Assembly: GCF_009914755.1 (NCBI RefSeq)
Contig: NC_060928.1
From: the human T2T-CHM13v2.0 reference genome, Homo sapiens
Length of the DNA: 64,000 bases
Direction: 5' to 3' (one strand)
Shown here: positions 26,066-39,856 of the stretch, piece by piece
Layout: each line of letters starts with the position of its first letter
How positions within the stretch are numbered: the first letter of the stretch is position 1
Made by a program: the position numbers and the translations under genes
The notes under the pieces: generated by a model
What the model saw: the letters and a program-made list of their open reading frames with translations, nothing else
Databases searched by the model: none
What the model was told of the DNA's origin: nothing

Positions 26066-29000
26066 GTTTTTTTCCCTAAGATGGCAGATGAGAGGCTCTT
26101 TGTGTGCCTAAATGACTTGGAAGGAGCAAAATAGTGCATAACGATCAACTTGATGAGCTTTAGTTCAAGAAGGAAAATGGGAATTCACCAAAATAGCAAA
26201 GGACATCCCAGATCCTGGAGAGAAGAAGGTGGGCAAACAGTGTCCAGCTGATAAAAGTGGGTGCAGCCCCAGTACACAAGAGGGGTAGAGAGCCTCCCTC
26301 TGTAACTCACCGATCCACTAGGGATCCATGCAACTCTGGCCAAGGGAGAGCATCTTGTTTCTCCCAAGCTCCAGAGCTAATTTGAGGACAGGCTTGGAGA
26401 CACTGAGCAGGAAAGACACTAGGAAAAGCTGCAGGCATTTTCCCACACCCAAGACTGAGAAGAAGATGCCATTTTGAACCCAGGCTCATAGAAAGTCAGC
26501 CATTCTTCAGCAACCCAGCAGCATGGCCACACAGGCATTTTAGTCTCAGACCAAAGATTGGAGTGCTTTCTATGGAGCTGGGGAAGAGCCCCCACAGCCA
26601 GAATTGAGCAGCAGGTGTGGAAAGCACCCCAGCAGTAGGTGCTGGAATTGGGCTCTCCTTCATTGCAGGTCTGGAGTAGGAGAGTTGCTGAAGCTAGTTT
26701 CTCCTGGGCAGCAAGACTTGCTGCCAGGGCCAGTTTGCCAACCTGGAACCAGTCTGCGTGTATCATTGCTGGGTGCTCCAGCCTGCTTTTCTGAGATCGT
26801 GGTGCAGTGGGGCCCTCTCTACCCTATGCTGAGGCATGTCGCCAAGCACTTGCAATACCTGTTCCCCTGGATTAGCAGCCTGAGCTACCCCATCCTTCCT
26901 CTACAGAGATCTTGGTGCAGTGGTGCTCCCTTCACACCATGCATGGGCCTACCTCTAGGTGTTTGGCACACACTCTCACCTGGATTAGCTGCCTGAGCTG
27001 ACCCCTTTCCTGAAAAGACTTTGTTGCACTCTGTTACTCTGCTCCCTACTGGGGGACATATTTTCAGGCATTCAGCACACGTGCTCACCTGCCTGAGCTT
27101 CCCTCCTGTGCAGAGATCTTGGTGCAGTGGCACAGTCCCTGCTCCATGCCTGGACATGTCTCCAGGCCTTTGGCATACCTGCCCCTTTGGAATAGGAGCT
27201 TGAGCTTCCATCCCTTTCCCATGCAGTGAACTCGGTGCAGTGACACTTCCTCCACTCCACACCTGGACAGAACTCCAGGCATTTAGCACACTAGGTCTCA
27301 CAGATTAGGAGCTTGAGCCACCTATCCCTTCCCATGCAAAGATCTTAATGTGGCAGTGATTTCTCTGCTTCTACCCCAGGCATATCATCTGGCATGAGGT
27401 ACACCTGCTCTCTCGGAGTAGGAGACAGAGCCACCCTTCCCATCCCCTGCAAAGACCTTGTTGCAGCAGTAGTTTCTCCACTCCTTGCTGAGGCATATTT
27501 CCAGGCATTTGGCATACCTGCTTGCCTGGATTAGAAGCCTGAGCCACCCCCACCTTCAGGTGTGGAGATTGTGGTGCACTAGCTCACCCTCCTCTCAATG
27601 CCCAGACATATCTCTAGACATTCCAAGTACCAATTCATCTAGATTAGGAGTTTACACCTCTCCTCTTCCTTAGGCAGAGAACTTGGGGCAGAGGAAGTTT
27701 TCAAACTCCATAACTAGGCACACCTCTGGCCACTTGGTGGCCACCCACTGGGCCCCCCCACCTTGGAGCTAGTGCTCGTGCCTGTTATTGGGGGACCTGT
27801 AAGTGGACCTGCCTGGTCAGGCCCCATCCCTCTTAGTCTCCCACTCTGGAGCTGAACAGGAAGCTCAGACCACTGTGCACCCCACAGATTGCCAGAGGCA
27901 ACAGAGCTTCTCCCAGTAAACAAAGATCAGGTATATACACATCTGCATTGGCTGCAGCTGGCTTTTACCTGTATAAGATACCTACTGGCCTGGAGGTTGA
28001 ATGGCACAACACAATAGAAAATCTGCAGACACAAGTGCTCAACAGTGGGGAATGAGAAAAGCTTCCTGAGACCTCTGCCACCCCAGCCACACAGGAGGCA
28101 GTGAGTCTGCCCACATGCTACAACCAGCATTTGGAAGAGCCGCTATACAAAGTTACCTATAACCAAGGAATGTATACAGACTCTGCCACCAAAGACACCC
28201 AGAACCAGAGAGAGCTAACCCCTGGCATGGTCTTCCCCTAAAGAAGTGGGGAGCACAGCCCACCAAAGCACCCCTCGGGCCAAAGGAAACATGAGTGCAG
28301 CACCAGCCCTTGAGACAGTACCACCAAAGCCCAGGGATGGACACGGAGAATGGGTAATCTCTCCCCTCCACACTACTGTGGACTTGGCAGCACCTCTTTC
28401 CATAAGAACCCAGGGAACGTGGGCTGAAACAGACCACTTATTAGGCAACTACAGTGGCTCCACCCCCCACTGAAGGTTGAACACTTGCTAGGGAAGGATA
28501 CTTTTCACTTCTCCCTTGCCCCTGCTCCTACCTGTTGGCTCTTACTTTTCAGCACCACCTTCTGGACAGAAGATTGAATTACACCACCAAACAAAATGAC
28601 ATTGCTACAACAAGCAACACCTGAGAAGACCACCACAGGAACATATTTGCAATCAAGGAACCCAAACAGAGCCTTGGCTCCCTAAAAGCACCCAGAAACA
28701 AAGCCAATCTATTATACACAGTATACACTGCAGTCATACCCCCAAGGGAAAAAAGAATAGGAAATCAAGAAGCTCCAAACAATAGCAAATTCAAAAAAAG
28801 AAGCATTAATTATCTCACGTTAGAAGGAACCAGCACAAGAACTGTGACAATACAAAAAGCCAGAGTGTCTTGTCACCTCCACAGGATCTCGCTAGCTCCC
28901 AAGCAACGGATCCTAATCAGAATGAAATGTCTAGGATGACAGACATTCAATTCACAATATGGATGTCAAAGAAAATGAGATTTAAGAGAAAAAATCCAAC

Positions 29001-32000
29001 ATGAACAGAAAAACAATCCAAGATTTAAAAGATAACACAGCTGTATTAAGAAAGAAGCAAACAGAACTTCTGGAACTGAAAAATTCACTACAGGAATTTC
29101 AAAATACAATTGGAAGCCTTAACAGACTAGAACAAGCTAAGGAAAAAATTTCAGAGCTTGAAGAATGGTCCTTTGAATCAACCCAGTAGAAAAAGAAAAA
29201 TTTAAAAATGAATAAAGCCTTTGAGAAATATGGGGCTATCTAAAGTGATCAGATATATGACTTATTGGCATTCTTGAGAGAAGAGAAAGTAAACAACTTG
29301 ATAAATGTATTTTTGAGGATACAATTCTGGAAAATTTCCCCAATTTTGCTAGAGAGGACAACATGCAGATACAATAAATCTAGAGAAGTCCTACAAGTTA
29401 CTATACAAGATTACCATCCCCAAAGCACATAGTCATTAGGCTATCCAAGGTCAATGTGAAAGAAAACATCTTAGAGGCAGCTAGAGAAAAGGGTCATGTT
29501 ACCTATAAAGGGAAACACATCAGACTAATGGACTTCTCAGCAGAAACCTTAACAGTCAGAGATTGGGGCCCATTTTTAGCATTCTTAAAGAGAAATGTCA
29601 GCCAAAATTTCATATCTTACCAAACTAAGCTTCATAAACAAAGAAGAAAGTCTTTCCCAGACAAGCAATTGCTAAAGGACTTCATCACCCCAAGACCAGC
29701 CCTAAAAGAGATGCTTAAGGGAGGTCTAAACATGGAAACAAAAGACTGATACTATCATGAAAGCACATAGCCCATGGACCCCATAAAGCAACCACATAAT
29801 CAAGACAAACTAGCTAATAACACTATGACAGGAATAAAACCTCACATATCAACATTAGCGTTTAATGTAAATGCCCTAAATACCATACTTAAAAGATATA
29901 GGGTAGCAAATTTGATAAAAACACAGGACACAAGATCTGTCTGGTCTCTTCAAGAGACCCATCTCACAGGTAATGATAGCCATAGGCTCACAGTAAAGAC
30001 ATGGAAAGAAAGACTGATCATGCAAATGCTAAACAAACAAAAAAAAACAGGGGTTGCTATTCTTGTATAGGATAAAATAGACTTTAAACCAGAAACAATA
30101 AAAAAGGGCATTATATAATGATAAAGAGTTCAATTCAAGAAAATTTAACTACTCTAAATATATATGCACCCAACATTGGAGCACCCAGACTTATAAAGCA
30201 CAGAATTCTATACCTAACAAAAGAAGTTGGCAGCCATACGATAATAGTGTGGGACATCAACACCGCATTGACATCTTCAGACAGATCATTCACACCCAGA
30301 AAAACTAAAAAAATTCCAGACTTTAATTCAACATTTAACCAATTGTACCTAATAGACATCTACAGAATACTCCATCCAACAACCACAGAATATACGTTCT
30401 TATCTGCAATCTTCTCATCTAAAATTGACCACACGCTCAGTCATAAAGCAAGTCTTAAAATCAAAAATATCAATATTAAGCATCTTCTCACACCACAGTG
30501 AAATAAAAATAGAAATTAATATCAAAAGGAACTCTCAAAATGACACAAATATATGGAAACAAAACAACTTCTGAATTACTTTTGGGTACATGATGAAATT
30601 AAGGCACAAATAAAATTCTTTAAAACAAATGAAAACAGAGGCATAACATACCATAACCTCTAGGATACAGCAAAAGCAGTGTTAAGAGGAAAGTTTATAG
30701 CATTAAACACCTGCATCAAGAAGATAGATACCACATTAAAAACCTAACCTTGCACCTAAAACTAGAAAAACAAGGACAAACCAAACCCAAAGCTAACAGA
30801 AGAAAAGAAATAACTAAAATCAGAGCAAAACTAAATGAAATTGAGGCCCCAGAAAATGATACAAAGGGTCAATGAAATTAAAAGGTGGTTCTTTGAAAGG
30901 ATAAACAAGATTGATAGACCACTAGCTAGAATAATAAAGAGAAAATCTAAGCAAAATCAAAAATAACAAAGGTAATTTCACAACTGAACCCAGAGAAATA
31001 CAGAAGGATCTCAGAAACGATTATGAACATTTCTATGCACACAGATTAGAAAATCTAGAAGAAAACACACAACTTCCCAAGATTGAGCCAAGGAGGAACA
31101 AATCTTGAACAAACCAATACTGAGTTCTGAAATTAGTAATAAAAAAAATCCTGCTGACCAAAAAAAAATCCCCAGACAAGATGGATTTGCAGCTGAATTC
31201 TACAAGACATGCAAAGAAGAGCTGATACCAATACTTCTGAAGCTATTTCAAAAAATCAAGGAGGAGGGACTCCTCTCTAACTCAGTCTATGAAAGCAGTA
31301 GCATCCTGATACCCAAATTTGGCAAAGATACAACATAAAAAGAAAACTATTGACCAACATCCCTGATAAACATAGATGCAAAAAATCTCAACAAAATACT
31401 AACATCAAAAAGGAGCACATCAAAAAGTTAATTCACGATCAAGTGGGCTTTATTCCTGTGATGGAAGGATGGTTCAATATATGCAAATCAACAAATGTGA
31501 TTCATCATATAAATAGAATTAAAAACAAAAGCCATATGATCATCTCAATAGATGCAGAAAAAGTATTCAATAAAATCCAACACCCCTTCATGATAAAAAC
31601 CCTCAACAGACTACATCTTAAGGAACATACCTCAAAATAATAAGAGCCATCTATAAGAAATCCACAGCCAACATCATGCTGAACAGGCAAAAGCTGGAAG
31701 TATTTTCCTTAAGAACTGGAATAAGACAAGGATGCCCACTCTCACCACTCCTATTCAACATAATACTGCAAATCCTATCCAGAGCAATCAGGCAAAAAGA
31801 AAAAAAAAGCATCCACATAGGAAAAGAGGAAGTCAAGTTATTTCTCTTCACTGACAATATAGCTCTACACCTAGAAAACCCTAAAGATTCTGCCAAAAGA
31901 CTCAGACTTGATAAACAATTTCAGTAAATTCTCAAGATACAAAATCAATGTGCAAAAATCTGTATTTCTATACACCAATAACATTTAAGCTGATAGCCAA

Positions 32001-33772
32001 ATCAAGAACACAATCCCATTTACAACAGCCACACACACACATACAAAATACCTAGAGATACACCTAACCATGCAGGTAAAAGATCTCTAAGGAGGACTAC
32101 AAAACATTGCTGAAATAATCATAGATGACACAAAGAAATGGAAAACCATTCCACACTCCTGGGTTGGAAGAACCAATATAGTTAAAATGTCCATACTGCC
32201 CTAAGCAATCTACAGATCCAATGCGACTCCTATTAAATTACCAACATCATTTTTCATAGAGTTAGGAAAAACTAAAGTTCATATGGAACCATAAAAGAGC
32301 CTGAATAGCCAAGGCAACCCTAAGCAAAAGGAAGAAAGCTGCAGGCATCACATTCCCGACTTCAAATTATACTATAAGGCTACAGTCACCAAAACAGCAT
32401 GGTACTGATGCAAAAATAAACACATAGGCTAATGAAATAGAATAGAGATCCCTGAAGTAAAGCTGCACACATACAACCAACTGATGTTTGACAAAATTGA
32501 AAAAAAAAAAACAATGGAGAAAGGACTGTATTCAATAAATGGTGCTGGGACAGCTGACTAGGCATATACAGAAGAATAAAGCTGGACCCCTACGTTTCAC
32601 CATACAAATTTAACTCAACATGGATTAATGACTTAAATGTAAGACTTCAAACTAAAAAAATTCTAGAAGAAAACCTAGGAAATATTCTTCTAGACATTGG
32701 CCTAGGCAAATAATTTATGATGAAGACCCCAAAAGCAAATGCAACAAAATAAAAAAGAGATAAGTGAGACTTAATGAAACTAAAGAGCTTCTGCACAGCA
32801 AAGGAAACTATCAACAGGGTAAAGAGACAACCTACAGAATGGGAAAAAATATTTGCAAACTATGCATCTGACAAAGGACTAATATCTAGAATCTGTAAGG
32901 AACTTAAATGAACCAACAAGGAAAAAACAAACCCATTCAAAAGTGGGCAAAGGACATGAACAGATATTTTTCAAAAAAAGACATATATGTGGGCAAGAAA
33001 CATATGAAAATATGTTCAGCATCACTAATCATCAGAGAAATGCTAATCAAAACCACAATGAGATACCATCTCACACCAGTCAGGATGGCTATTATTAAAA
33101 AGTAAAATAATGGGTAGCTGGCAAGGTTGCAGTGAAGAAGGAATGCTTATACACTGTTTGTGGGAGTGTAAATTAGTTCAACCATTGTGGAAAGCAGTGT
33201 GGTGATTCCTTGAAAAACCAAAAGCAGAACTACCATTCCACCCAGCAATCCCATTACTGAGTGTATATCCAAAAGAAAAATCATTTTACCAAGAAGACAC
33301 ATGCAATCGTATGTTCATCATAGCACCATTCGCAATAGCAAAGAGATGGAACCAAGCCAGGTGCTCGTCAATGGTGGATTGGATAAAGCAAATGTGGTAT
33401 ATATACACCATGGAATACTATGCAGCCATAAAAAAAGAACAAAATCGTGTCCTTTTCAGGACATAGATGCAGCTGGAGGTTGTTATCCTAAGTAAATTAA
33501 CACAGAAACAGAAAACCAAGTTTCACATGTTCTCACTTATAAGTGGAAGTTAAATTTGGGGTTCACATGGACATACAGATGGGAACCATAGACACTAGGG
33601 ATTCCAAAAGGAGGGAGTAGGGCAAGGATTGAAAAACTTTCTATTAAATAATATGTTCACTACCATGGTGATAGGTTTAATAGAAGCCTAAACCTCAGCA
33701 TCACACAATATACCCTTGTAACAAACCCTGCACAGGTACCCCCTGAATCTAAAAGAAAAATGGAAATTAAAA
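26066..33772 (+). mobile_element. Full-length old primate L1 (L1PA16/17, L1P4-like), ~7.7 kb, inactive
   Basis: 5' cctaagatggcag; ORF1 remnants (ELLELKNSLQEFQNTIGSL, ~28820-29749); ORF2 from ATG 29825 (MTGIKPHISTLAFNVN; [13 protein letters not shown]; [16 protein letters not shown]); 3'UTR aacctcagcatcacacaatatacc...gaatctaaaa. Confidence 0.93.
26794..27745 (+). repeat. ~8.5 diverged ~112-bp tandem repeats in the L1 5'UTR
   Basis: Unit gagatcttggtgcag...catatctccaggcatttggcacacctgc..ggattaggagcctgagc recurs at ~26794, 26906, 27015, 27113, 27225, 27339, 27452, 27565, 27676. Confidence 0.85.
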
Positions 33773-34020
33773 GCCTCATAAGTCCATAGTTTATGGTACA
33801 TTTTTTTGTGTTGCATTCTATGAGCTTTGACAAATGTATAATATATCCTCTATTATAGTATCATACAGAATAGTTTCACTGCCTTAAAATGAACCTGAGT
33901 TCCATCTATTCATCCCTGAATCTATCAGTCACTAGTCTTTTTATTGTCTCCATAGTTTTGTCTTTCCCAGAAGGTCATACGTTTTGAATTATACAACCAC
34001 TTGTTTTTTAAAAATTGTTG

Positions 34021-34152
34021 CAACACAGTCATATCCATTCATTTATGTATTGCCTATGGCTGCTTTTGCAGTACAAGGAAGTTGGGTAGTTGCTACAAAG
34101 ACTGGTCCACAGAGCCAAAAAATACTATCTGGCCTCTGTCAGGAACTTTGCT
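34021..34152 (+). mobile_element. MER58A right part
   Basis: caacacagtcatatccattcatttatgtattgcctatggctgcttt...aaaatactatctggcctc. Confidence 0.7.
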
Positions 34153-34697
34153 CACCAGCAAACTTGTGAAAGTGGCAGCCCAATTGCTAAAATGTTCTCT
34201 AGGCTGATTTGAGAGAATGTTCTAGTAGAGGGGAACACCCTGGCAAGAACAATCATTTGGCCACTTGAAAAGCAGGTATGGGTTGGTTTGCAGGAAAATG
34301 CAGAGGAGGGCAATAGAGTTGGTTGGCTGGCACTAAATTGCATTGACCCACTAGAGAGAGATAATAAAAAAAAGATGAGGTTGTTAACAATTAAAAACTA
34401 AGTGTGAAGGCCAGAGGGCTTCTTTAGAAGCTTCCAAAAAGTCCGTATCTCCCAAAGTGAAAGAACAAAAGTGGAAGACCCAAACCTTGATTTAATAGAG
34501 TTGTCAAGATGCAAAGCTGATGGAATTCTTAACTGAGGAAGGTCTGTTGTACCAAGGTGAGAACCTCATTGGACAAACCTGGGATGCTTAATATGAGATG
34601 GAACTATGTGATTCTCCGTATTCCTCTAAACCCTTAAATACTACAGATGTGGCCCATCCTTCCCTCCCCTATTAGGAAATAGTCACCTCTTATTCCT

Positions 34698-35583
34698 TGT
34701 GATGGTTAATTTTAGGTGTGAACTGAATTAAAGGATACCAAGATAGCTGGTAAAGCATTATTTTTGGGTACATCTGTGAGGGTGTCTCTGAAAGAGATTG
34801 GCATTTGAATCAGTGGACTCAGGAAGACCCAGTCTCATCCATTGTGCATAGGCACCATTCAATCAGCTAACAGCCTGGATAGAACAAAAAGGCAGAGGAA
34901 AGATGAATTTACCCTCTTTTTTCTGAAGTTGGAACACCCTTCTTCTCCTGCCCTTGTACATCAGAACACTAGATTCTCTAGACTTTGGACTCCAGGTTCC
35001 CCAGTTCTCAGGCATTCAGATGTGGACTGAAAGTTACACCATCAGGGCTGGGAGCGGTGGCTCACGCCTGTAATCCCAGCACTTTGGGAGGCCGAGATGG
35101 GCAGATCATGAGGTCAGGAGATCGAGACCATCTTGGCTAGCACGGTGAAACCCCATCTCTACTAAAAATACAAAAACATTAGCCAGGCATGGTGGCAGGC
35201 ACCTGTAGTCCCAGCTACTCAGGAGGCTGAGGCAGGAGAATGGCGTGAACCCAGGAGGCAGAGCTTGCAGTAAGCCAAGATTGTGCCACTGCACTCCAGC
35301 CTCCGTGACAGAGCAAGACTCCTTCTCAAAAAAAAAAAAAAAAAAAGAAAAGAAAGTTACACCATCACCATCAGCTTCCCTGGTTCTGAGCTCTTTACAC
35401 TGGGACTGAGCAACACTACCAGCATCCTAGTATCTCCAGCTTGCAGATGGCCTGAATAGGACTTCCCAGCCACCATAACCATGTGAGCCTATTTTCCCAA
35501 TAAATCTCCTATTTATCCATTTGTCCATCTATCCATCTACCCATTTATCCTATTGGCCTGTCTCTCTGGAGGACCCTAATACA
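34698..35583 (+). mobile_element. MLT2B-type (HERVL) solo LTR containing an AluY
   Basis: tgtgatggttaattttaggtgt...gatagctggtaaagcattatt...ctctggaggaccctaataca. Confidence 0.88.
35045..35351 (+). mobile_element. AluY
   Basis: Y diagnostics (gagatcgagaccatc, gaatggcgtgaaccc, gagcttgcag); perfect 16-bp TSD gaaagttacaccatca (35029-35044 / 35352-35367). Confidence 0.96.
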
Positions 35584-37409
35584 CTTCTGCTTCCCCCCTT
35601 CAGTGGCCTCTTCTCCATAAGGTAATAGGGGCTCTACCTCATGATCAGCCCCCTACCTGTTCTACTGATAGCCAGGCTGATAGCTGGTGTGAAGTCATAG
35701 CATAATCAGCCATGGACATATTGGGCCTGATCAGGTAAGACAGCTTACTCCCAAATAAACTGCAAGAATTGGTTAGCATGAAATGGCAGAGGCCAGGAGA
35801 ATAACCATGGATTTGGATTTTGAATGTCTAGATTAAGGGGAGACAGCACATAAGACAAGTGGAGGGAGAGTTTGTTGATTTGAGGGTACCCCTTTAGCAT
35901 ACTGGATTTAACATGCTGGCAAAGACCTCAGGGTTTCAGGCAAACTTACCATTATAAGGGCCCCTAGAAGCCTAGAAAATGCAAGTGCCCATGCTGAACC
36001 AAGCTGAAACACCTTTGCAATGACAGGAGGGGAGAAACTAAATAGCCCAAGGATTCGGGCATAACAGATTAAATATATTTTGTGATGACTAAAGACGCAC
36101 CATAGGATTATGTTCTGTGGGAAACACACAAGACAGCCATCTGCCAAGGCCATTAAGAATGCACTGGCATGCCAGGAATCAGCATCAAGAAGTTCAGCCA
36201 TCACTCCCCCCAGCAGGCCAGTTACAGATAGTAGTAAGTGCAGTTACAGATCTTGCCGAATTGCTAACAATGTGGTGGTGGGGTCCCTGAAGCCAAAAAG
36301 GCAGGGTGGCAGCCCTCAATCACTGGAAGCCAGAGTGTCATGATTATCATAATGCCAGCTAAGGTTGGAATGGCAGCCAACCATCTGGCATACCTGCAGA
36401 TAGTTATGGAGGGGTATAACAGAACACAGCATTTGTAGAAATGTATGAGAAATTGAGGTTATTGATTAATACTTTAATGAGAAAAAAGAATGTGCAAAAG
36501 GGCTGAGAGTAGTTACTCTAATAAAGTAATAATCCCTCACCCTATCTCCAGATTGAGCCAAATGTCTCTGCCAGTTATTGTTTGCTAACCTTTGTCATCT
36601 GCCACCCCAGAAATGGCATGTGTTGCATATAAAAAGAAGGACCACAGTGGCAGAGTTGGAGGCGATGCATGGGCCCAACAATGTGGACTCACACTTACCA
36701 AGAACAATCTAGTTACTGCTCCTTCTAGATATCCAACCTGTTAGCAACAGAGACCAATACTGAGTCCCTGATATTGTGCTACTTTTCTGAGCCACTTAGA
36801 ACCAAATTAACTAAAACCCTTCCATTCCAGAAAGACTAGTGACTCATTCTCATAGGAGCAGACATTCCTGTCATGGGTTTGCCTTTTTTTGCCCTTAGCA
36901 CGTCATTCAGCACCACTATTCAGGGGATTACAAAATGCCTAATTCATACAATACAGCATCTGACCAAGGCCTCTTATTACAGTGAAGGAGGCATGGTCAT
37001 GGACCCCTGACCATGGGATCCCTTGATCATATCACAAACCACACCATTAAAAGCACTGGTCCCATAGAGCTTTGGAAAGGCCTGCTGAAGGCAGAGCTGA
37101 AGCTGAAGCTGCAGCTCATGTGGAGTGTCTTTCCCCCGAATGTACTGCATGAACTGTGGAGAGACCTATCAATGGTACTGTGACTCCAACAGGGAGCACA
37201 TTTGGACCAAGAAGCAAGGATTGGAAGCAGGAGTGGCTTTACTCATCATCATCTCCAACATCCCACTAAGGGAACACTGTGCTTCTCATCCCCACAAATC
37301 TGGGCTCTGCAAGGTTAGAGGTCCTGGTCTCCAAACTAGAAACACTCTTGCTTGGTACTGGTACCACAGGGTCCTAGTGAACTGTAAACTATGATCACCA
37401 CCAGAGCAC

Positions 37410-37590
37410 AGACTGTCCTTGGAATGATGCTCCAGTTGCTGACAATGGTAGCTGGCTTGATAAAATGCACTTTATTGGCTACTTTGCTTCCCTGTCTCCC
37501 TTTCCCAGTCTCCTAACAGAGTTCCCTCTATCTCTCAGGTAAATTACTCGAGTTCTTGCCTTGGGTTCTCAGGGAATCCAAACTAAGGCA
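37410..37590 (+). mobile_element. ERVL LTR 3' portion (LTR16/33-like)
   Basis: ttattggctactttgcttccctgtctccc...gggaatccaaactaaggca. Confidence 0.55.
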
Positions 37591-37732
37591 CAGGTCTGGG
37601 AGGCATAAGAGATACAGCAATAATTCTTGTTCCCCTTTGGGAGTAGTTTTTGTCTGACTACAATCATTTCAAATACTAGCAAATCTAACAAATCTATACT
37701 CCATGAACCCTGAAACAAGAATTTCCCAGTTC

Positions 37733-38069
37733 TTTTTTTCTTTTCTTAAAAAATAGATTTAGGAAGTACAACTGCAGTTTTGTTACTTGGATATATTGTG
37801 CAGTGGTAAAGTCTGGGCTTTAAGTGCAGTCATCACCCACAGTATACATTGTATTTATTAAGTAGTTTCTCATCCCTTCCCCTGATCTTCCCACCCTTTC
37901 AAATATCCAATGTCTATTGTTCCATTCAAAAGTGGACAAATGGGACTTAATTAAAAAGCTGCTGCCTGGCAAAAGAAATAATAGAGTGAACAGAAACCTG
38001 AAGAATGGGAGAAAATATTTGCAAACTACACGTCTGACAAAGGACTAATATCGAGAATCTACAAGGAAC
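37733..38069 (-). mobile_element. Short L1 (L1MA/L1PB-like): antisense 3'UTR joined to an inverted ORF2 piece
   Basis: 37733-37927 antisense 3'UTR; 37928-38069 sense ORF2 (gacaaatgggacttaattaaa...gaatgggagaaaatatttgcaaacta). Confidence 0.8.
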
Positions 38070-38438
38070 CCTTGTAACTCCTGGAGCACAATGGCATGAC
38101 GGTGGAACATTCTTGCAGCTCTGGGAAGTTGTACATTGAAATGCTTTCAAGTATGGTGGGCCTACATCTCCTTACAAGGGTCATAAGCACTCTGCCAAGA
38201 ACAAGGATGAAAACAAAAATATATAATTATAAAACACAACATCACAATCCTATACCGTGCATATTCTTGGACTGATGAAAGGACTCATGGTCAGGCAGGA
38301 TCCATCAGGCACCACTTCAGTGTTACCTTAATATGACATCCACATCCTGAGTGGTGACAGACTGTCCTCTCTGGATCTTCTCCAGTAGAATCTGATTGTC
38401 CCCTCACAGGTGATGAAACTTTCATCATCTTCTACCCC

Positions 38439-38725
38439 AGGGGTCCCAAACTCATACCTACCGGATCCCATCAAGTAATGTGAGTAAGTGACATCTCAGT
38501 GAGTGAGGCTGTGAGTTATGGGGACCATTGGGAACTGGAAGAAATATACTCCTTGGGGCAGCTGCTGTTTCTCACCATTGAATTTCTGCAATGAGGATTT
38601 TTTGAAATAAGTCAGAAAGCCACACTGTCTCTGAAATTTTCAGATTAAAAAAAGAAATTCTCTGTGGGCCAAACCCAACACATCTGTAGACCAGATCTGT
38701 CCCACTCATCACTGTTGTACAACCT
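38439..38725 (+). mobile_element. MER102-like hAT-Charlie element
   Basis: caggggtcccaaactca...ggggcagctgctg...ctgtgggccaaacccaacacatctg. Confidence 0.65.
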
Positions 38726-38759
38726 TTCTGCTCCACAATTTATGAAATACATTTGTATT

Positions 38760-38900
38760 CTTCACCATTTGCAAAAAGCCCTGGGAGGCCTTTTCATTTT
38801 CCAGAATAGGAAATTAAGCCTCTGAATAAGTGGTCTCCTGATCATCACTTAGCTGTGAATGGGACAGCTAGAGCTCAAGCCTATCTTTCTGTCCTAACTG
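38760..38900 (-). mobile_element. MIR fragment
   Basis: cattttccagaataggaaattaagcctctg...gggacagctagagctcaagcc resembles the MIR core. Confidence 0.5.
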
Positions 38901-39403
38901 TTGTATAATTGAAGGTCCTTGTACTTTCAATTACACAAGTTTCCTTCCCTTCTACAGGGGTATGGACTATATGAGCCAAGAATAATGTGCTAAAGGTTTG
39001 GCACTGCTTTCAGAAAAGGTCTGTTTATCATGAGCAGTTGGTACTACTCCAGTTAGAAATGGCTGAAAGAAGCTGTAGGGCTTCTGTGTGGAGGAGAAAA
39101 GAAAGTTCAGATTCTAGTTAATCAGGTCTATAAAAATGGCTCAACATGGTAATTGCCCTGTTCAAGGCCTGATCAAAGTGGCTCTGGAGGTCCTTGGAAA
39201 GTGAGGGATGTAGGTCTTTAATTAAAACTCCTTAGTTTTTTCACAAAATGTACAATTATTACATGGAAAAGTCCTGCAACTAAGACATGAGTGCCAGGAT
39301 TCTGTATCACTTTACAAATGAGCCATCCCAAGTGGGGTTCCAACACCCAGGAGAAAACCACACCCTGACACTCCTCCATTCTTCCTCTTTGGGCAGTTAC
39401 TCT

Positions 39404-39856
39404 GTTGGTTCAGGTTCTCTAATGATCAGACACCAGGATGGAATAGACTGCATGGTTTGGGGAGATGCCTTTGAAATATAGAGGAGGAAGGAGCAGTTGC
39501 AGGCAGGGAGAGCCTTCAAACCATCATGCTGATCTGACACATGTGAAAGGACAGAGCAAAGGAAGAAGTTTTGGGCATGAAGAGCCTCATATTGCAGTGC
39601 AGTTCGACAAAGTCCTGACCAGGCTGATGAGGAGTCCCCGAGGCAAAGCTGCCTGTTGGATGAGACCTGCATCAGGCAGGCAGGATGGGTCTAGCTTTAG
39701 CAGTCCTGCTGTGCTCTGTCATTGCCTGGGCTCCCACTGATCAGTGAATGCCATGCTAGATCCAAAGGAGCAGCACTGAGGTTGCTGGTCAGCTATGCTC
39801 CCTGCAGCTGGTTTCTGGATGGGACATCTGAGTGGGACATTTCCATGACCACCACA
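39404..39856 (-). mobile_element. LTR16-family solo LTR
   Basis: gcaggcagggagagccttcaaacc...gatctgacacatgtgaaagg...catctgagtgggacatttccatgaccaccaca. Confidence 0.7.

Larger units (their letters stand above)
34153..37400 (+). mobile_element. ERVL (ERV3-16A3-like) internal region: gag joined to integrase, RT apparently deleted
   Basis: gag-like blocks shared with 7.6-9.2 kb and 46-47.6 kb; integrase-like gcatgggcccaacaatgtggactc and gcatctgaccaagg...ccatgggatcc. Confidence 0.7.

Noticed and set aside
26419-28473. Many 60-138-aa ORFs on both strands
   Set aside because: They lie within the repeat array and GC-richer part of the L1 5'UTR; no coding signature
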